This document shows, piece after piece, positions 31,422 to 42,429 of a stretch of DNA of 64,000 nt. The notes beneath the pieces were generated by a model that saw only the letters and a program-made list of their open reading frames with translations, was not told the DNA's origin and searched no databases. A program made the translations under genes and the position numbers. The stretch is from Candidatus Bathyarchaeota archaeon (lineage in GTDB: Archaea > Thermoproteota > Bathyarchaeia > Bathyarchaeales > Bathycorpusculaceae): the NCBI GenBank assembly GCA_963775685.1, contig CAVZJV010000014.1, positions 736,001 to 800,000 on the forward strand, in the 5' to 3' direction. Positions within the stretch are counted from its first letter, which is position 1. Every line of letters starts with the position of its first letter.

Positions 31422-32084
31422 CTACTTTGAAAAAAGCGCCTTGTAGATCGCCTCTGCGATTAGTTCAGAGCCCTTGCTGTTTGGGTGAACGCCGTCAGGG
31501 AAGTATTCTGGGTGGTCAACCACAGCTTCATAAACGTTGATTGTTGGCAAACCAGTCTTATTTGCGACTTCTTTTATATAGGGAATTATGGTTTGCTGGT
31601 AGAACTCGGTGCTCAACCCTGTTCCATTGTGCCATATTGGGGGCGGCAAAGCAATCCAGACCTGGGGCATATTCTGAAGAGCTTGAAATTCACCTATTAG
31701 TTTCAAGTAGTCAGCCACAATAGTGGAGTTGTAAATTTTGAAGCTGGGTAAGGCATCGTTGGTCCCCAACATAATGATAACTATATCAGGATTGAATTCC
31801 TTAGCTTCTTGAAAAACTGCCTCATGCACGTAGGGTGTGGCATTTATCGAAATCGTGGTTCCACCATGACCAAAAGCGCCAACTGTATAGTTACGTCCAA
31901 GCAGCATCCAGAGATCGCCAGGATAATCGGACCCCTCCGTTAAGCTGTCGCCCACACATGCTACCCGAATAAGCCCATTAACATTTTTTTTCTGCATTTC
32001 CATGTTTTCGTATCCTGCTATTATAGGTACCATCACTATGATGAAGGCAATTATGAACACGACAATTATTATTTTCTTTGTCAT
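31422..32084 (-). CDS. Membrane-anchored SGNH/GDSL esterase or acyltransferase
   Basis: N-terminal TM; VACVGDSLT, FGHGG, MLGTND, DGVHPN. Confidence 0.9.
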   Translation of the reverse strand: MTKKIIIVVFIIAFIIVMVPIIAGYENMEMQKKNVNGLIRVACVGDSLTEGSDYPGDLWMLLGRNYTVGAFGHGGTTISINATPYVHEAVFQEAKEFNPDIVIIMLGTNDALPSFKIYNSTIVADYLKLIGEFQALQNMPQVWIALPPPIWHNGTGLSTEFYQQTIIPYIKEVANKTGLPTINVYEAVVDHPEYFPDGVHPNSKGSELIAEAIYKALFSK

Positions 32085-32098
32085 GTGCTGGGTGTCCT

Positions 32099-33217
32099 CT
32101 AGCCAATCAGCCTCTTCAATACGGGCACCTTCTTAAGAGGCACAATGATAGCTAAGCAAAGGAAAAGAGCAAGCACTGTAATTAGTGGAACGCCAACAAT
32201 GGAGTTGATTGTGGAGCCGTTAATGGCGAAACCCAAATATCTTCTTTGAAGTGCCTCCAACACTATCAAATGAAACAGAAAAATCGGAAGGGTATTTTCG
32301 CTTATGATATGAATAAGTTTTCGCGGTTTGGAGGGACCGGTCAGTTTTATGCCCGTTATATTAGCTTCTTTTTGAGTAGACGGAGTAGGCGCAGTCTTGT
32401 ATGAAGGCATATTCACCGTGTTTAAAAGCAAAAAAGCCATAACTGAGGCAAGAATCATCGTTGGGCTTAGATAATCCTGGAAGTAATAGGAGTCCGTTCC
32501 TCCGATGTTAAAGGACATGTAGACTGTGCCGATTGCAGCCAATGAAACCGCCAAAACCATCAGTCCAGCAAGGATTTTACGGGGAATTTTTACCTTGAGC
32601 AGATAGAGCCCCAAGATATAGTAGCCAACCCAACCCGTGATTGTGAACACTCCAGTATTCACATTATAGGGCGTGAAGTAGCTGATTGCGGGAATGACGG
32701 ATGCGCCAACAAACCATAACGCGATTAGGTACTTGATGGTCTTATCGTCTGCATGAGACATCACTATACGCAGGATTGGGGTAATCAGGTAGAGGCCAAC
32801 AAGCATGTAGATGTACCAGAACTGCAGGTAAGGACTGGTGAGGAAGCCCTGAATGACGGAGTTGACGGTTACTGGAGTGTTGTCTGCGAAATAGATCCAT
32901 ACAAAATACAGCGCCCCCCAAAAAAAGAACGGAAGACCTATTCTTGCCCACCGTTTCTTTAAAAAAACAGTCAGGCTCTCGTTTTTTGAGGGTTGAAGCA
33001 GCAAGGCGCCAGTTAACATAACAAATAAGGGAACACCTATCCGAGCAAAGCTCTGATAAACGTCCACCGTGACCCAGCGGACAACTTCCAATTGACTCAT
33101 AGAGTCAGGCGTTAAATCATTGGTGGCATGTAGAAAGATAACGCCTATAATCGCCAAAGTCCGAATTAGGTCAACAGGAATACCCAGCCCTTTATCTTGA
33201 CTCAACTTCTGCTCCAT
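32099..33217 (-). CDS. Acyltransferase-3 membrane O-acyltransferase (second paralog)
   Basis: DLIRTLAIIGVIFLHA, ARIGVPLFVMLTGALLL, QFWYIY, TLPIFLFH. Confidence 0.88.
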   Translation of the reverse strand: MEQKLSQDKGLGIPVDLIRTLAIIGVIFLHATNDLTPDSMSQLEVVRWVTVDVYQSFARIGVPLFVMLTGALLLQPSKNESLTVFLKKRWARIGLPFFFWGALYFVWIYFADNTPVTVNSVIQGFLTSPYLQFWYIYMLVGLYLITPILRIVMSHADDKTIKYLIALWFVGASVIPAISYFTPYNVNTGVFTITGWVGYYILGLYLLKVKIPRKILAGLMVLAVSLAAIGTVYMSFNIGGTDSYYFQDYLSPTMILASVMAFLLLNTVNMPSYKTAPTPSTQKEANITGIKLTGPSKPRKLIHIISENTLPIFLFHLIVLEALQRRYLGFAINGSTINSIVGVPLITVLALFLCLAIIVPLKKVPVLKRLIG

Positions 33218-33313
33218 CTGTCAAATGCCAACTTTAAGGTACATTTTATAAATATAATACCTAAAATACGTGGTTTTAGACTTTGTGGAAAAACCGAGAA
33301 ACACACAGTTAAG

Positions 33314-33985
33314 CTATTTGCCTGCTGAATTTAAAGTGACATATACCACGTTGGCAATAACTTGGGCTCCTTCAACATTGGGATGCACGCCGTCTACAAA
33401 ATACTCTGAATGATTAAGCAAAGGAGCATAAACATCTATCAGGGGCAAACCCGTTTGACTTGCAACCTGTCGAATACTTGGAATCACGTTTTCTATAAAG
33501 TAGGTTTGGCTTAGGCTTGCATTGTTGCTAAAGATTGGCGGAGGCAGCACAAGATAAACTTTGGGTTTGCTGGCGAGCGTTTGGAATTCACGGGTTAGCG
33601 TGGTGTAATCGGCGATGAAGCTTGCGTTTGTCTCGTTGTGGTCAGTGCTTGCGTCGTTTGTTCCCAATGTAACTACAACAATGTCGGGCAGGAACTGCTT
33701 AACAACAAGAAAACCGGTCTTATTCGTCCAAGAACTGTCTGTACCAAGAGAAACTGTGGCGCCTCCAATGCCGAAATTGCCTACGACATAGCTGGGTCCT
33801 AGCAACTGCCAAAGGTCTACTGGGTACTCAGTGCCCGCTGTAATGCTGTCGCCAACGCATGCAACGCGGATTTGGCTAGGTTCGTTACTTGTATCTAGAA
33901 TGGTTGCCAAAATAAGTGTTTCAAAGCCCACCAAAACTATTAGAACTGCAACAGCCATCGCCAACAGTTTCATTTTACGGTTCAT
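33314..33985 (-). CDS. Membrane-anchored SGNH/GDSL esterase or acyltransferase
   Basis: N-terminal TM; VACVGDSIT, NFGIGG, TLGTND, DGVHPN. Confidence 0.9.
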   Translation of the reverse strand: MNRKMKLLAMAVAVLIVLVGFETLILATILDTSNEPSQIRVACVGDSITAGTEYPVDLWQLLGPSYVVGNFGIGGATVSLGTDSSWTNKTGFLVVKQFLPDIVVVTLGTNDASTDHNETNASFIADYTTLTREFQTLASKPKVYLVLPPPIFSNNASLSQTYFIENVIPSIRQVASQTGLPLIDVYAPLLNHSEYFVDGVHPNVEGAQVIANVVYVTLNSAGK

Positions 33986-34106
33986 CCTTTCCGTTAATCA
34001 CGCATTATTTGCATTTAACAGTTAAGCTTGTAATATTTAGCTATTGATTAGCCCCATCGTCAACGGTTGGTAAATTTTGTTTGATGACGTTGCAGTCTTT
34101 TTCTGA

Positions 34107-34292
34107 TTAAAGTCTTTCGACAAATCTCCTGAATCGTTTCACAACAATCAATGACCCCGAACTAATCGTAGTTACTCCAACTATCGTAAAGGCAAAACCT
34201 AGTTCCGCTTGCTGCAAGCCGCAAGCAATCACTAAGACCCCAGCCAATGCCAATATAGTTATGAAGACCCATGTTTCCAAGGGCATTCCCAC
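34107..34292 (-). CDS. Small two-TM membrane protein
   Basis: Two hydrophobic helices, basic C-terminus, TATA-like box upstream. Confidence 0.45.
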   Translation of the reverse strand: MGMPLETWVFITILALAGVLVIACGLQQAELGFAFTIVGVTTISSGSLIVVKRFRRFVERL

Positions 34293-34420
34293 TTATTTTT
34301 AGTTAGGTGCAGTTATAAATTTTGGCATAAAAACTCTAAATTAAACAATTGATCAACAATTCTACGGTTACAAGCGCTTTAGATTTAAAGAAGCAACGAG
34401 TTTTAAACAATGAAATCTAA

Positions 34421-35626
34421 ATGGTTGATACAAACTCATTCGTGCTTCAATTATCTATTCTATTAGTGGCGGCCATTGCCGGCGGCTTACTGATAAAGAG
34501 GTTTGGTTACCCCGTCGCTTTAGGTGAGCTATTAGTCGGAGTTATTCTTGGACCTTCAGTATTTAACCTAATTTCAGACCAAGCGACAATAAGCGTATTT
34601 GCCGAACTGGGCGCAATTATTCTATTATTCTACATAGGTCTAGAAACAGAGATAGGCGACCTAAGAAAACAGCTGGTGCCTTCAATTTCCGTAGGAGTAC
34701 TGGGAGCATTAGTGCCGTTGGCGCTTTGCTACTATACTGCAATATCTTTGGGAATTTCTAATGATGAAGCACTTTTCCTCGGTGTTGTATTTACTGCAAC
34801 CAGCATTGGTATTACTATCCGATTGTTAAAAGACATGGGCAAATTGTGCAACCCAGTCGGGTTAACGGTTTTAGGTGCAGGCATCGTGGACGATGTTGTC
34901 GCTGTCATACTTTTATCCGTTGTCTTAAGCATATTATCTGGCGGGGTTAATACCTTTGATATAGGACTTGTTGTTGTAAAAGCCATAATATTTTGGGCCA
35001 TCACTATCTTAATAGGTTCAAAAGTTATAGTTCGCATTATCGATAAATTGCGAATCGACGACGAATACCTGATTCTATTAATACTTGCGTACGGCTTTTT
35101 TGCAGCTTATGTTGCCGCAGGCATAGGATTATCCGCAATCGTGGGAGCGTTTGCTGCAGGCTTACCCTTAACAAAAAGACAATGCAAAGTTAAGATGGTG
35201 CTTGAGCAAACCAAAAGTCTTTACATGTTCTTTGTTCCGATATTTTTCATATCAATAGGCACTCTGATTAATCTGAGCGTTTTTGGCCAAGCAGCATTTC
35301 TCGGACTCATAATAACGGCTGTAGCATTCTTGGGCAAGATAATAGGCAGCTTTGTAGCCGCTCGCATGAATAAATTCTCAACCAAAGATTCTCTCAAGAT
35401 AGGAGTTAGCATGACGCCAAGAGGTGAAATGGGCCTCATAATTGCAAGCATAGGATTAACAAGCGGACTAATTTCCACTAACACCTATTCCATTGCAGTA
35501 ATAGCTGTTATCTTAACTACTTTTATTGCGATGCCAATACTCAAGAAGCTTTTGAGCGACAAAAGAGATTCACCTACTGAAGAAAAAAACTCTGAGGGTC
35601 AACAGCAAATTGTCTGCCCTGAATAG
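34421..35626 (+). CDS. CPA2 cation:proton antiporter (NapA/KefB-like)
   Basis: PVALGELLVGVILGPS, LLFYIGLET, ATSIGIT, AGIVDDV, FVPIFFISIG, PRGEMGLI. Confidence 0.9.
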   Translation: MVDTNSFVLQLSILLVAAIAGGLLIKRFGYPVALGELLVGVILGPSVFNLISDQATISVFAELGAIILLFYIGLETEIGDLRKQLVPSISVGVLGALVPLALCYYTAISLGISNDEALFLGVVFTATSIGITIRLLKDMGKLCNPVGLTVLGAGIVDDVVAVILLSVVLSILSGGVNTFDIGLVVVKAIIFWAITILIGSKVIVRIIDKLRIDDEYLILLILAYGFFAAYVAAGIGLSAIVGAFAAGLPLTKRQCKVKMVLEQTKSLYMFFVPIFFISIGTLINLSVFGQAAFLGLIITAVAFLGKIIGSFVAARMNKFSTKDSLKIGVSMTPRGEMGLIIASIGLTSGLISTNTYSIAVIAVILTTFIAMPILKKLLSDKRDSPTEEKNSEGQQQIVCPE

Positions 35627-35826
35627 TCCCGTCATCAAATAGATCGTAGATTCCGCAAAGCTTTAGTCTTTTTTGAACTCAATTGTCCTTTATGCTTATC
35701 TGATTCCCTTTAACCTTTGCTTCCCTGTTTTTAGCTGATAAATAATGTGTGGATAATTTTTATATAGGGAGCAAAAAAGCTACTATGATCGGTAATTTAC
35801 GCATAAAGCAGCTTGAGGTAAGCTAA

Positions 35827-37203
35827 ATGATAGAAATTAAGAATCGAGAAAAATTGATTGAAAACGGACAAACATCCCACATTCGAAAATGTCGAACAGT
35901 AGCTCTTGAGTGCATTGAGCAGGCCTTTAACGCTGCCGATCCAGTACAATTGATGAAGAAAAAAATTAGTTTGCAAAAAAACAATTTCCAGGTTGAAGAC
36001 TGCAAGTTTGATCTGGAAAAGTTCAAGCATATTTATGTGATAGGCGGGGGCAAAGCAGGCGGTAAAATGGCACAAGCAATCGAGGAGGTTTTAGGCGAAC
36101 ATGTGACTGCTGGAATAGTAAACATTCCTTACGGCACGAAACAAAAAACGCATGTCATAGAGCTTAATGAAGCAAGCCACCCTATTCCAAACCAAGCAGG
36201 AGTGGACGGAACTTTTCGCATTCTTGCCTTAGCTGAGCAAGCTGGAGAGAATGATTTAGTGATTTGTTTGATTTCAGGTGGGGGATCAAGCCTAATGACT
36301 CTTCCTCGAGAAGACATTTCACTTGAGGAGCAACAATTAATAACAAATATGCTCCTCAAAAGCGGAGCCGCAATAACCGAAGTCAATATGGTCCGAAAAC
36401 ACCTTTCAATCTTCAAAGGCGGATGGCTTGCCAAAAAAGCTTACCCTGCAACAGTTCTAAACCTTGTGTTGTCAGATGTTATGGGAGATCCATTGGATTC
36501 TATAGCCTCTGGTCCAACAGTTCCAGACTCCTCGACCTTCATAGATGCAAAAAAAATCCTTCAAAGATATAAATTATGGTTGAATGCCCCAGCGTCTATT
36601 CAAAAAATCCTTTTGAGAGGCTCCGAAGGTTTCCTTCCGGAAACACCTAAAGCAGATGATTTAGCTTTTAAAAAGGTTTACAATGTCATTATTGGAAACA
36701 ACCGAACAGTTAGTCAGGTTGCCGTTGACTTCTTGCGTTCTGAAGGACTTAACACTTTGCTATTGCCTAATTTGCTAGAGGGAGAAGCCAAGGAAATGGG
36801 CAAAGTATTGGCAAAATTTGTAGGCGCAATTTTTGTATGTAATAATTCCATTCTCAAACCTCTTGGCGTAGTCGCTGGCGGCGAGACAACCGTAACTGTG
36901 AATGGAAAGGGACTTGGAGGAAGAAATCAAGAAACGGCGTTGTCTGCTGCTTTATCACTCAAAGAACAAGAGGAATGTGTAATTGCTTCTGTCAGTACAG
37001 ATGGAGTGGACGGTCCAACCGATGCCGCAGGAGCAATCATAGACAACTACACGCTCAAACGAGCAATACAGCTAGGAATGACCCCCGAAAAATACCTCGA
37101 GGATAATAATTCTTACAATTTCTTCTTAAAGCTTGATGACCTTATCCATACAGAAGCAACCGGAACCAACGTTAACGACATATCTATTATTGTACGATTA
37201 TAA
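35827..37203 (+). CDS. Glycerate 2-kinase (MOFRL family)
   Basis: IGGGKAG, ASHPIP, LISGGGSSL, SIASGPT, GGETTV, GGRNQE, TDGVDG, TGTNVND. Confidence 0.92.
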   Translation: MIEIKNREKLIENGQTSHIRKCRTVALECIEQAFNAADPVQLMKKKISLQKNNFQVEDCKFDLEKFKHIYVIGGGKAGGKMAQAIEEVLGEHVTAGIVNIPYGTKQKTHVIELNEASHPIPNQAGVDGTFRILALAEQAGENDLVICLISGGGSSLMTLPREDISLEEQQLITNMLLKSGAAITEVNMVRKHLSIFKGGWLAKKAYPATVLNLVLSDVMGDPLDSIASGPTVPDSSTFIDAKKILQRYKLWLNAPASIQKILLRGSEGFLPETPKADDLAFKKVYNVIIGNNRTVSQVAVDFLRSEGLNTLLLPNLLEGEAKEMGKVLAKFVGAIFVCNNSILKPLGVVAGGETTVTVNGKGLGGRNQETALSAALSLKEQEECVIASVSTDGVDGPTDAAGAIIDNYTLKRAIQLGMTPEKYLEDNNSYNFFLKLDDLIHTEATGTNVNDISIIVRL

Positions 37204-37355
37204 AATAGTTGAAGCCAAAGGGTCGTACAAAAAAACTCAGGGCAAATTACTTACTCTTAAAGATAGTATACACACAATTATAACGATCCTTCCATAACTT
37301 TTGAGCGAATGATTTTTTAGAAATGAGCACATAACTTGCGGAGGGGAAAAAAGAA

Positions 37356-38588
37356 TTGAATAAGAATGACTCCGCATTATCATTAGATGCCCACGTGTAT
37401 CTGCATGACATAGAAAAAGCAGATATCTTAGTGGGAATTCCATCTTTCAATAATATTCTCACTGCAAGCTACGTTATCTCTCAAGTAACCAAGGGTTTGG
37501 ACACTTATTTCCCAAATATGCGGTCGGTAATCTTTGTCTCTGATGGAAACTCAAAGGACGACACCTTGAATTCGGTAAAGAAGATTTACTTGCCCTCCGA
37601 AGTAAAGCTAATTCCGGCGATTTACATGGGTATTGCAGGTAAAGGACGGGCCGTCAGGGCTATCTTTGAGGCGGCTAGCCATCTGAAGGTGAGAAGTGTA
37701 GCGTTAGTCGATTCAGATTTACGTAGCATAACTCCTGAATGGATGCGACTATTGATTAACCCAACTTTGGCTGGAACTGGTTTTGTGGCACCATACTACA
37801 ACCGCCGCAAATACGACGGAACAATAACAAACTTCTTGTGTTATCCAGTTACAACAAGCCTTTTCGGCAAGGACATAAGGCAGCCTATAGGAGGCGACTT
37901 TGGGCTTTCTATTGAACTAGTAGAGGATCTCTTAGATTCTTCCATGTGGGAACTCCCTGATGTTAGCCGATTTGGAATTGACATCTTTGAAACCTACACT
38001 GCGCTTGCAAAGGGCTACAAGATAAAGCAAGCCCTACTTGGAGTAAAAAGCCACGATGCAAAGGACCCCTCCAGTCAACTTGCTTCTATGTTCCATCAAG
38101 TGATGAACATTATGTTCGCTTGTATAGAGCAGAATGAGTCGATTTGGAAAGAAATAGTGGGTGTTTCAAAGACAGAAATGGTTGGCGAGGCTAAATACAC
38201 TGAAACGCCCGAGACTATTCAGGTTTCTTTGCCCGCAACCGTAGACGCATTCAAGAATAATTGCGACCAATACAAGGCACTCTATAAATCAATTCTAGAA
38301 CCCGAAATCCAGAGCAAGTTTGAACAATTAAAACAGATAGCAACATCGAACGTAGATTTTCCCTCAGAGATCTGGGCAAAAACTGTCTATTCCTTCATAG
38401 CTGAATTCCACAAAACTCCTGCAATCAGGGATAAACTAATAGATGCCTTGCGTGTCCTTTGGATTGGTCGAGTGGCCGTTTTTCTGAAAGAAACGTGGAA
38501 AGAATCAAGAGAAGATGCAGAACTACGAATCGTTGAAGAGGTAAAAGTTTTCGAAAAATTCAAACACTACTTGATTGAAAAGTATTGA
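37356..38588 (+). CDS. Glucosylglycerate synthase-like GT2 (Ggs/Mgs family, single step)
   Basis: ADILVGIPSFNN, SDGNSKD, GKGRAVR, VDSDLRSITPEW, KYDGTITN, RQPIGGDFG, FGIDI, HDAKDP. Confidence 0.8.
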   Translation: MNKNDSALSLDAHVYLHDIEKADILVGIPSFNNILTASYVISQVTKGLDTYFPNMRSVIFVSDGNSKDDTLNSVKKIYLPSEVKLIPAIYMGIAGKGRAVRAIFEAASHLKVRSVALVDSDLRSITPEWMRLLINPTLAGTGFVAPYYNRRKYDGTITNFLCYPVTTSLFGKDIRQPIGGDFGLSIELVEDLLDSSMWELPDVSRFGIDIFETYTALAKGYKIKQALLGVKSHDAKDPSSQLASMFHQVMNIMFACIEQNESIWKEIVGVSKTEMVGEAKYTETPETIQVSLPATVDAFKNNCDQYKALYKSILEPEIQSKFEQLKQIATSNVDFPSEIWAKTVYSFIAEFHKTPAIRDKLIDALRVLWIGRVAVFLKETWKESREDAELRIVEEVKVFEKFKHYLIEKY

Positions 38589-38906
38589 TATTTCCTTTTT
38601 GTGGCTGTGTCAGATGATCTACGACCAGAAGAAAATCAGTTCTTTTTTAGTCAATTAGACGAAGAAATATTGTTTTTGCGCAAATTTGCTGGGCTTGTTT
38701 TGGGTTGCTTTCTTTGTTTGGGCTTTGAAAAACTTGCAGGGTGCGTCTTTAAAAGTCTTAAAAAGTCTGGAAAAGGCGGCTTTTCTAATTGTCTTGAATA
38801 AAATAATATATACGGATTAACGCATCTTTACCGCTCCCCCCGCGTGGGTTTTTCAAGCATCTTCGAAGGTGTCTCCTATAGAAGGATTGTTGCTTTGCTT
38901 ATTGGG

Positions 38907-39990
38907 TCACGACGTGTTGGGTAAATAATGCTGTCGTGAAGCTACATGAAAGGGCGACAGTATCTCTATGTGCGATTTCTTAAATTCGCTAAGAATGTTA
39001 TCGATTAGATCGCTTTTTATGGTTATAATAGCGTTTGGTCTGTTAGTGTAAGCGTTGATTTCATAGGTTATTGCATAGTTACCTAGGTCTTTTAGCAGAA
39101 CAAATGGCTTTTTGTCCGTAGTTGTTACGATTCCGCTTGTTTTTTCTGCGCTTTCGATCAGGAGCGTTTTAGCTTGATCCTTGTCAACATCGTAACCGAG
39201 GGTTATTGAAACATAGATTAGCACTTCTCGTAGGGCACTAAAATTCTTCATCTCTTTGTTCATCACAGTTAAGTTTGGAATGCTTATTATTTCATCTTTT
39301 ATCGTTTTGATTCTTGTGTAAAATACGCCTACTTCAACTATGTCTCCGTAGCTTTCACCGATTTGTACCCTATCACCTGTCTTGAATTCGTTTGTTCCTT
39401 CTAGAACCGTATAAGCTAACACGTTACCAAGAACGCTCGATGTGAACAAACCTAAGATGAATGTTAAAGCAACAATCATCCCTGTTCCTAAGAAACCCAG
39501 CGATCCATGTGCCTATAAACGAGTAAGCCCAAATTAATACAAGAGCAGCTATTACAGTAAAGTAGGTAATGTAAGTTAAGTATCTTGTTGTTGACCTAAC
39601 GGTTTTAATTCTAGATGAAGGATCCCTAACAACTTTTCCGACAACAGGAGATATAGTTACTATTGCTGCTGGTATGATGATTTTTTTGGAAGCTGCCAAT
39701 AAAAACCAGACTAAAAATGAAAGTAATACCTTTTGCAAAACACTGTAAACCATTGATTGCACATTTGCATTACCTACAAAATACAGTAGTCCCGATCTGT
39801 AACTACTTTCTAGAACCGTAAAAAGGAAAATAAAGATTGAAACTCTTAAAGATAACCAAAACAGATATTTTCCTGCTATTGAACCTCTTGTTTCATTCGT
39901 CCTTTTCTGCAAATAGCCTAAACTCCAGGTACAAAATATCTTGTTTCTTGATATATAAAATCTTTTCAAATACCGGTTTCGGCGTTTCAT
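38907..39990 (-). pseudogene. MscS mechanosensitive channel, split by one frameshift near 39490
   Basis: FKTGDRVQIGESYGDIVEVGVFYTRIKT...IPN beta domain; TM part lies in another frame; an extra T in a homopolymer could be a sequencing error; start uncertain. Confidence 0.75.
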
Positions 39991-40074
39991 CTGTATTCGA
40001 AAAATCCAGGATACGTCAAATCAAAAATGAAAAAACTTGGGTCTTCTGCTAACATTTTTTTGGCTTTCTATCGT

Positions 40075-40833
40075 TTAAGTTAGAGCAATCGACTCGATTT
40101 TTTTCCAAATAGCTTCCCTGTTTTCAGAACTATCAACGAAAAAGGATTTATCCACGATTTTTAACATCGCTAAGTCGTTTGGGCTATCCCCAATACCAAT
40201 GCTGACAATTCTATTATACTGGGTTAAGTACAAATTTATTAGAATTGATGTTGCCTTTCCTTTGTCGCAAGTTCCTAAAGCATGTAAATATCTTCCACCC
40301 ATGGTACAGCAAAGTCCTTCTTTTCTAACTGCATTCAAAAACTCTTCCACATTGCCTTCTAATATTTTGAAGGGCTCACTGTACTCCCTCTTTTTAGCAA
40401 GTTGCGCCAAATGCAGAGGTAAGCCGCTATCTCTTGAAATCTCTTCGGCGGACATGTCTCCAAACCCAACAATAAGGACTCCTGTTTGATTTTTCGAAGC
40501 TGCTAATTTTTCACGTATAGTTCGATAAGGAGTACCAAGTTCAATTATCTTATATCCAAATTTCTGTCGGGTAAATTCATAACTTGACTTAAAGTAATCT
40601 TCAGGTATAACAATGGCAGACCCATTTTCACTTATGAAAGGATCGCTTACTTGCCATTTTTTTCGGTAAAAATCTATTTCACTTCTTGTTTTACTGCTAG
40701 CGAAGACTATAGCGACATCTAAAGATAGGAGCTTACGAATAATTGGCTCTATTTCACCGCATTCATATTTGTCATTTAGGAGACTCCCGTCAAGGTCGGC
40801 AAAGACAACAAGTTTTGCTTCTTTAGCGTTCAA
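40075..40833 (-). CDS. gpgP: Glucosyl/mannosyl-3-phosphoglycerate phosphatase (HAD IIB)
   Basis: FADLDGSLL, SSKTRSE, PFISENG, KREYSEPF, GGRYLH, DKGKA, GDSPND. Confidence 0.85.
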   Translation of the reverse strand: MNAKEAKLVVFADLDGSLLNDKYECGEIEPIIRKLLSLDVAIVFASSKTRSEIDFYRKKWQVSDPFISENGSAIVIPEDYFKSSYEFTRQKFGYKIIELGTPYRTIREKLAASKNQTGVLIVGFGDMSAEEISRDSGLPLHLAQLAKKREYSEPFKILEGNVEEFLNAVRKEGLCCTMGGRYLHALGTCDKGKATSILINLYLTQYNRIVSIGIGDSPNDLAMLKIVDKSFFVDSSENREAIWKKIESIALT

Positions 40834-42007
40834 TAGCGTTGTCTCTTAGTTTCTCTCTAATATTGGGCATTGCAGCCATAGTTCGTAGCCAATCAGGTAA
40901 TTGGGCTCTTATAGGATTTTCCAAATACTTTCGTCCACCCGAGAGTATAACTGAGCACAAATCATCAACATTGGCTTCTTCTTCATGTCGATCAAAATCG
41001 AGTCTATTACAGGTAGCATCAGCATGATATTGCCGTATTTTATCTTGCGCTAGCCGCCTATAAGCTACTTGAAGACTAGTTAGAAAGGGTGCGGAAACAT
41101 CTATGTTTTCGGTTTCAGTTAATGTCCTCAACAAGGTTACAAAACTATCCTCTGCTGTTTTTAGAAGCCCGCTATTATCAATCTGTTTATGTCTGTGTTC
41201 GTAGAATCCTAGGTCTATTTGGCATATGCGTCCGTAAGAGGCGTTTCTGTAAACCTCAGATAATAAGCCAAGTTCAAGCCCCCAGTCACTTGGCACTCTA
41301 AGATGTGTAGCTAAATCGCAGTAAAGGGCAATTTCGCCAGCTAGTGGATAACTAAACGACTGCAAATATGTTAGGAACCTTGAATAACGGAGTTTTTCCT
41401 GCAAAACTTCTAGCAACGGGTTGATAAATAACCTGTGAATACGCCCATACAACTTCTTGTTATCCTGATTTATCCGCGCGTAATATCCTTTAGAGAAGAA
41501 AAAATCAAGCTTAGGTTCAATAAGAGGATACAGCATTTTGGTTGGTAACATTTTATTGTAGGACATTATGTCAGCATCGTGAACTGCAAAAGCAAAAAGT
41601 TCCAGAGATGCAATACCCATTGCCATCCAAACGTCTTTGCCTTTTCCATATAGCTCTGTTACATCCAGACCTTTCCGCTTAAGTTCCTCTAAAACAACAA
41701 GCACTTCAGGCTTATTACACCAAATTACTTCACATGGAACTTTGAAGGATCGACTAATTCTCAAAGCTTCCTCATAATCCCCTGGGTCTTTGACTGAAAG
41801 AGCAATGAAAACCTTTTTCAGATATTGACACTGATTAATTTCACTGACAATTTTTCTTAGTCCGGGACTCTGAATGTCCTTTCCGATAATGGGTATTATA
41901 AGGCCTGAAGAGAACTTGGCTTTGTAGCTTTCAAGCTGGTTGGACATTGAGTCAAAATCTAAATAGAAATCATGTATGTTTGCTATTTTTCTTTGGTCAA
42001 TGTTCAT
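40823..42007 (-). CDS. gpgS: Glucosyl-3-phosphoglycerate synthase (Methanococcoides-type)
   Basis: GKGKDVW, VHDADI, FSKGYYAR, YPLAGE, DWGLELG, YEHRHK; overlaps the downstream phosphatase. Confidence 0.82.
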   Translation of the reverse strand: MNIDQRKIANIHDFYLDFDSMSNQLESYKAKFSSGLIIPIIGKDIQSPGLRKIVSEINQCQYLKKVFIALSVKDPGDYEEALRISRSFKVPCEVIWCNKPEVLVVLEELKRKGLDVTELYGKGKDVWMAMGIASLELFAFAVHDADIMSYNKMLPTKMLYPLIEPKLDFFFSKGYYARINQDNKKLYGRIHRLFINPLLEVLQEKLRYSRFLTYLQSFSYPLAGEIALYCDLATHLRVPSDWGLELGLLSEVYRNASYGRICQIDLGFYEHRHKQIDNSGLLKTAEDSFVTLLRTLTETENIDVSAPFLTSLQVAYRRLAQDKIRQYHADATCNRLDFDRHEEEANVDDLCSVILSGGRKYLENPIRAQLPDWLRTMAAMPNIREKLRDNAIER

Positions 42008-42429
42008 AACAATCGCCCATTTCTATTACATATTAGTCTATTTTTGTTTTTTGACCTTTCAAAGGAGAGCTCATGACTCTTATTGAACCTTTTTGTTCCC
42101 CCAACCTAGTGAAGATAAGAATAGAGTAATCTTGGTTATCCTCTTTAATTTCAAAGAGAGAAATGGTTTAGGTCTAAAATAAGTCCACCCCCTTATTAAT
42201 TTATAAGGAATTCGAATAGTAGACGGTTGAAAAAATTTTAGGATTCGCTAAGAGGCATTTCTTAAAATCTATAATGTAGACTTCCAAAGAGAATTCAGTA
42301 ACCTTAATGCCAAAGCATCAATGGCGAGCTGGGAACTAAAGTAAGTTGACTTTCTAAGTCAGCGTAAAACTTTGTTCTTTCAAAGATAAATGCTCCGGTG
42401 AAGAACGTTTAAGAAATGTTCTTACAACT

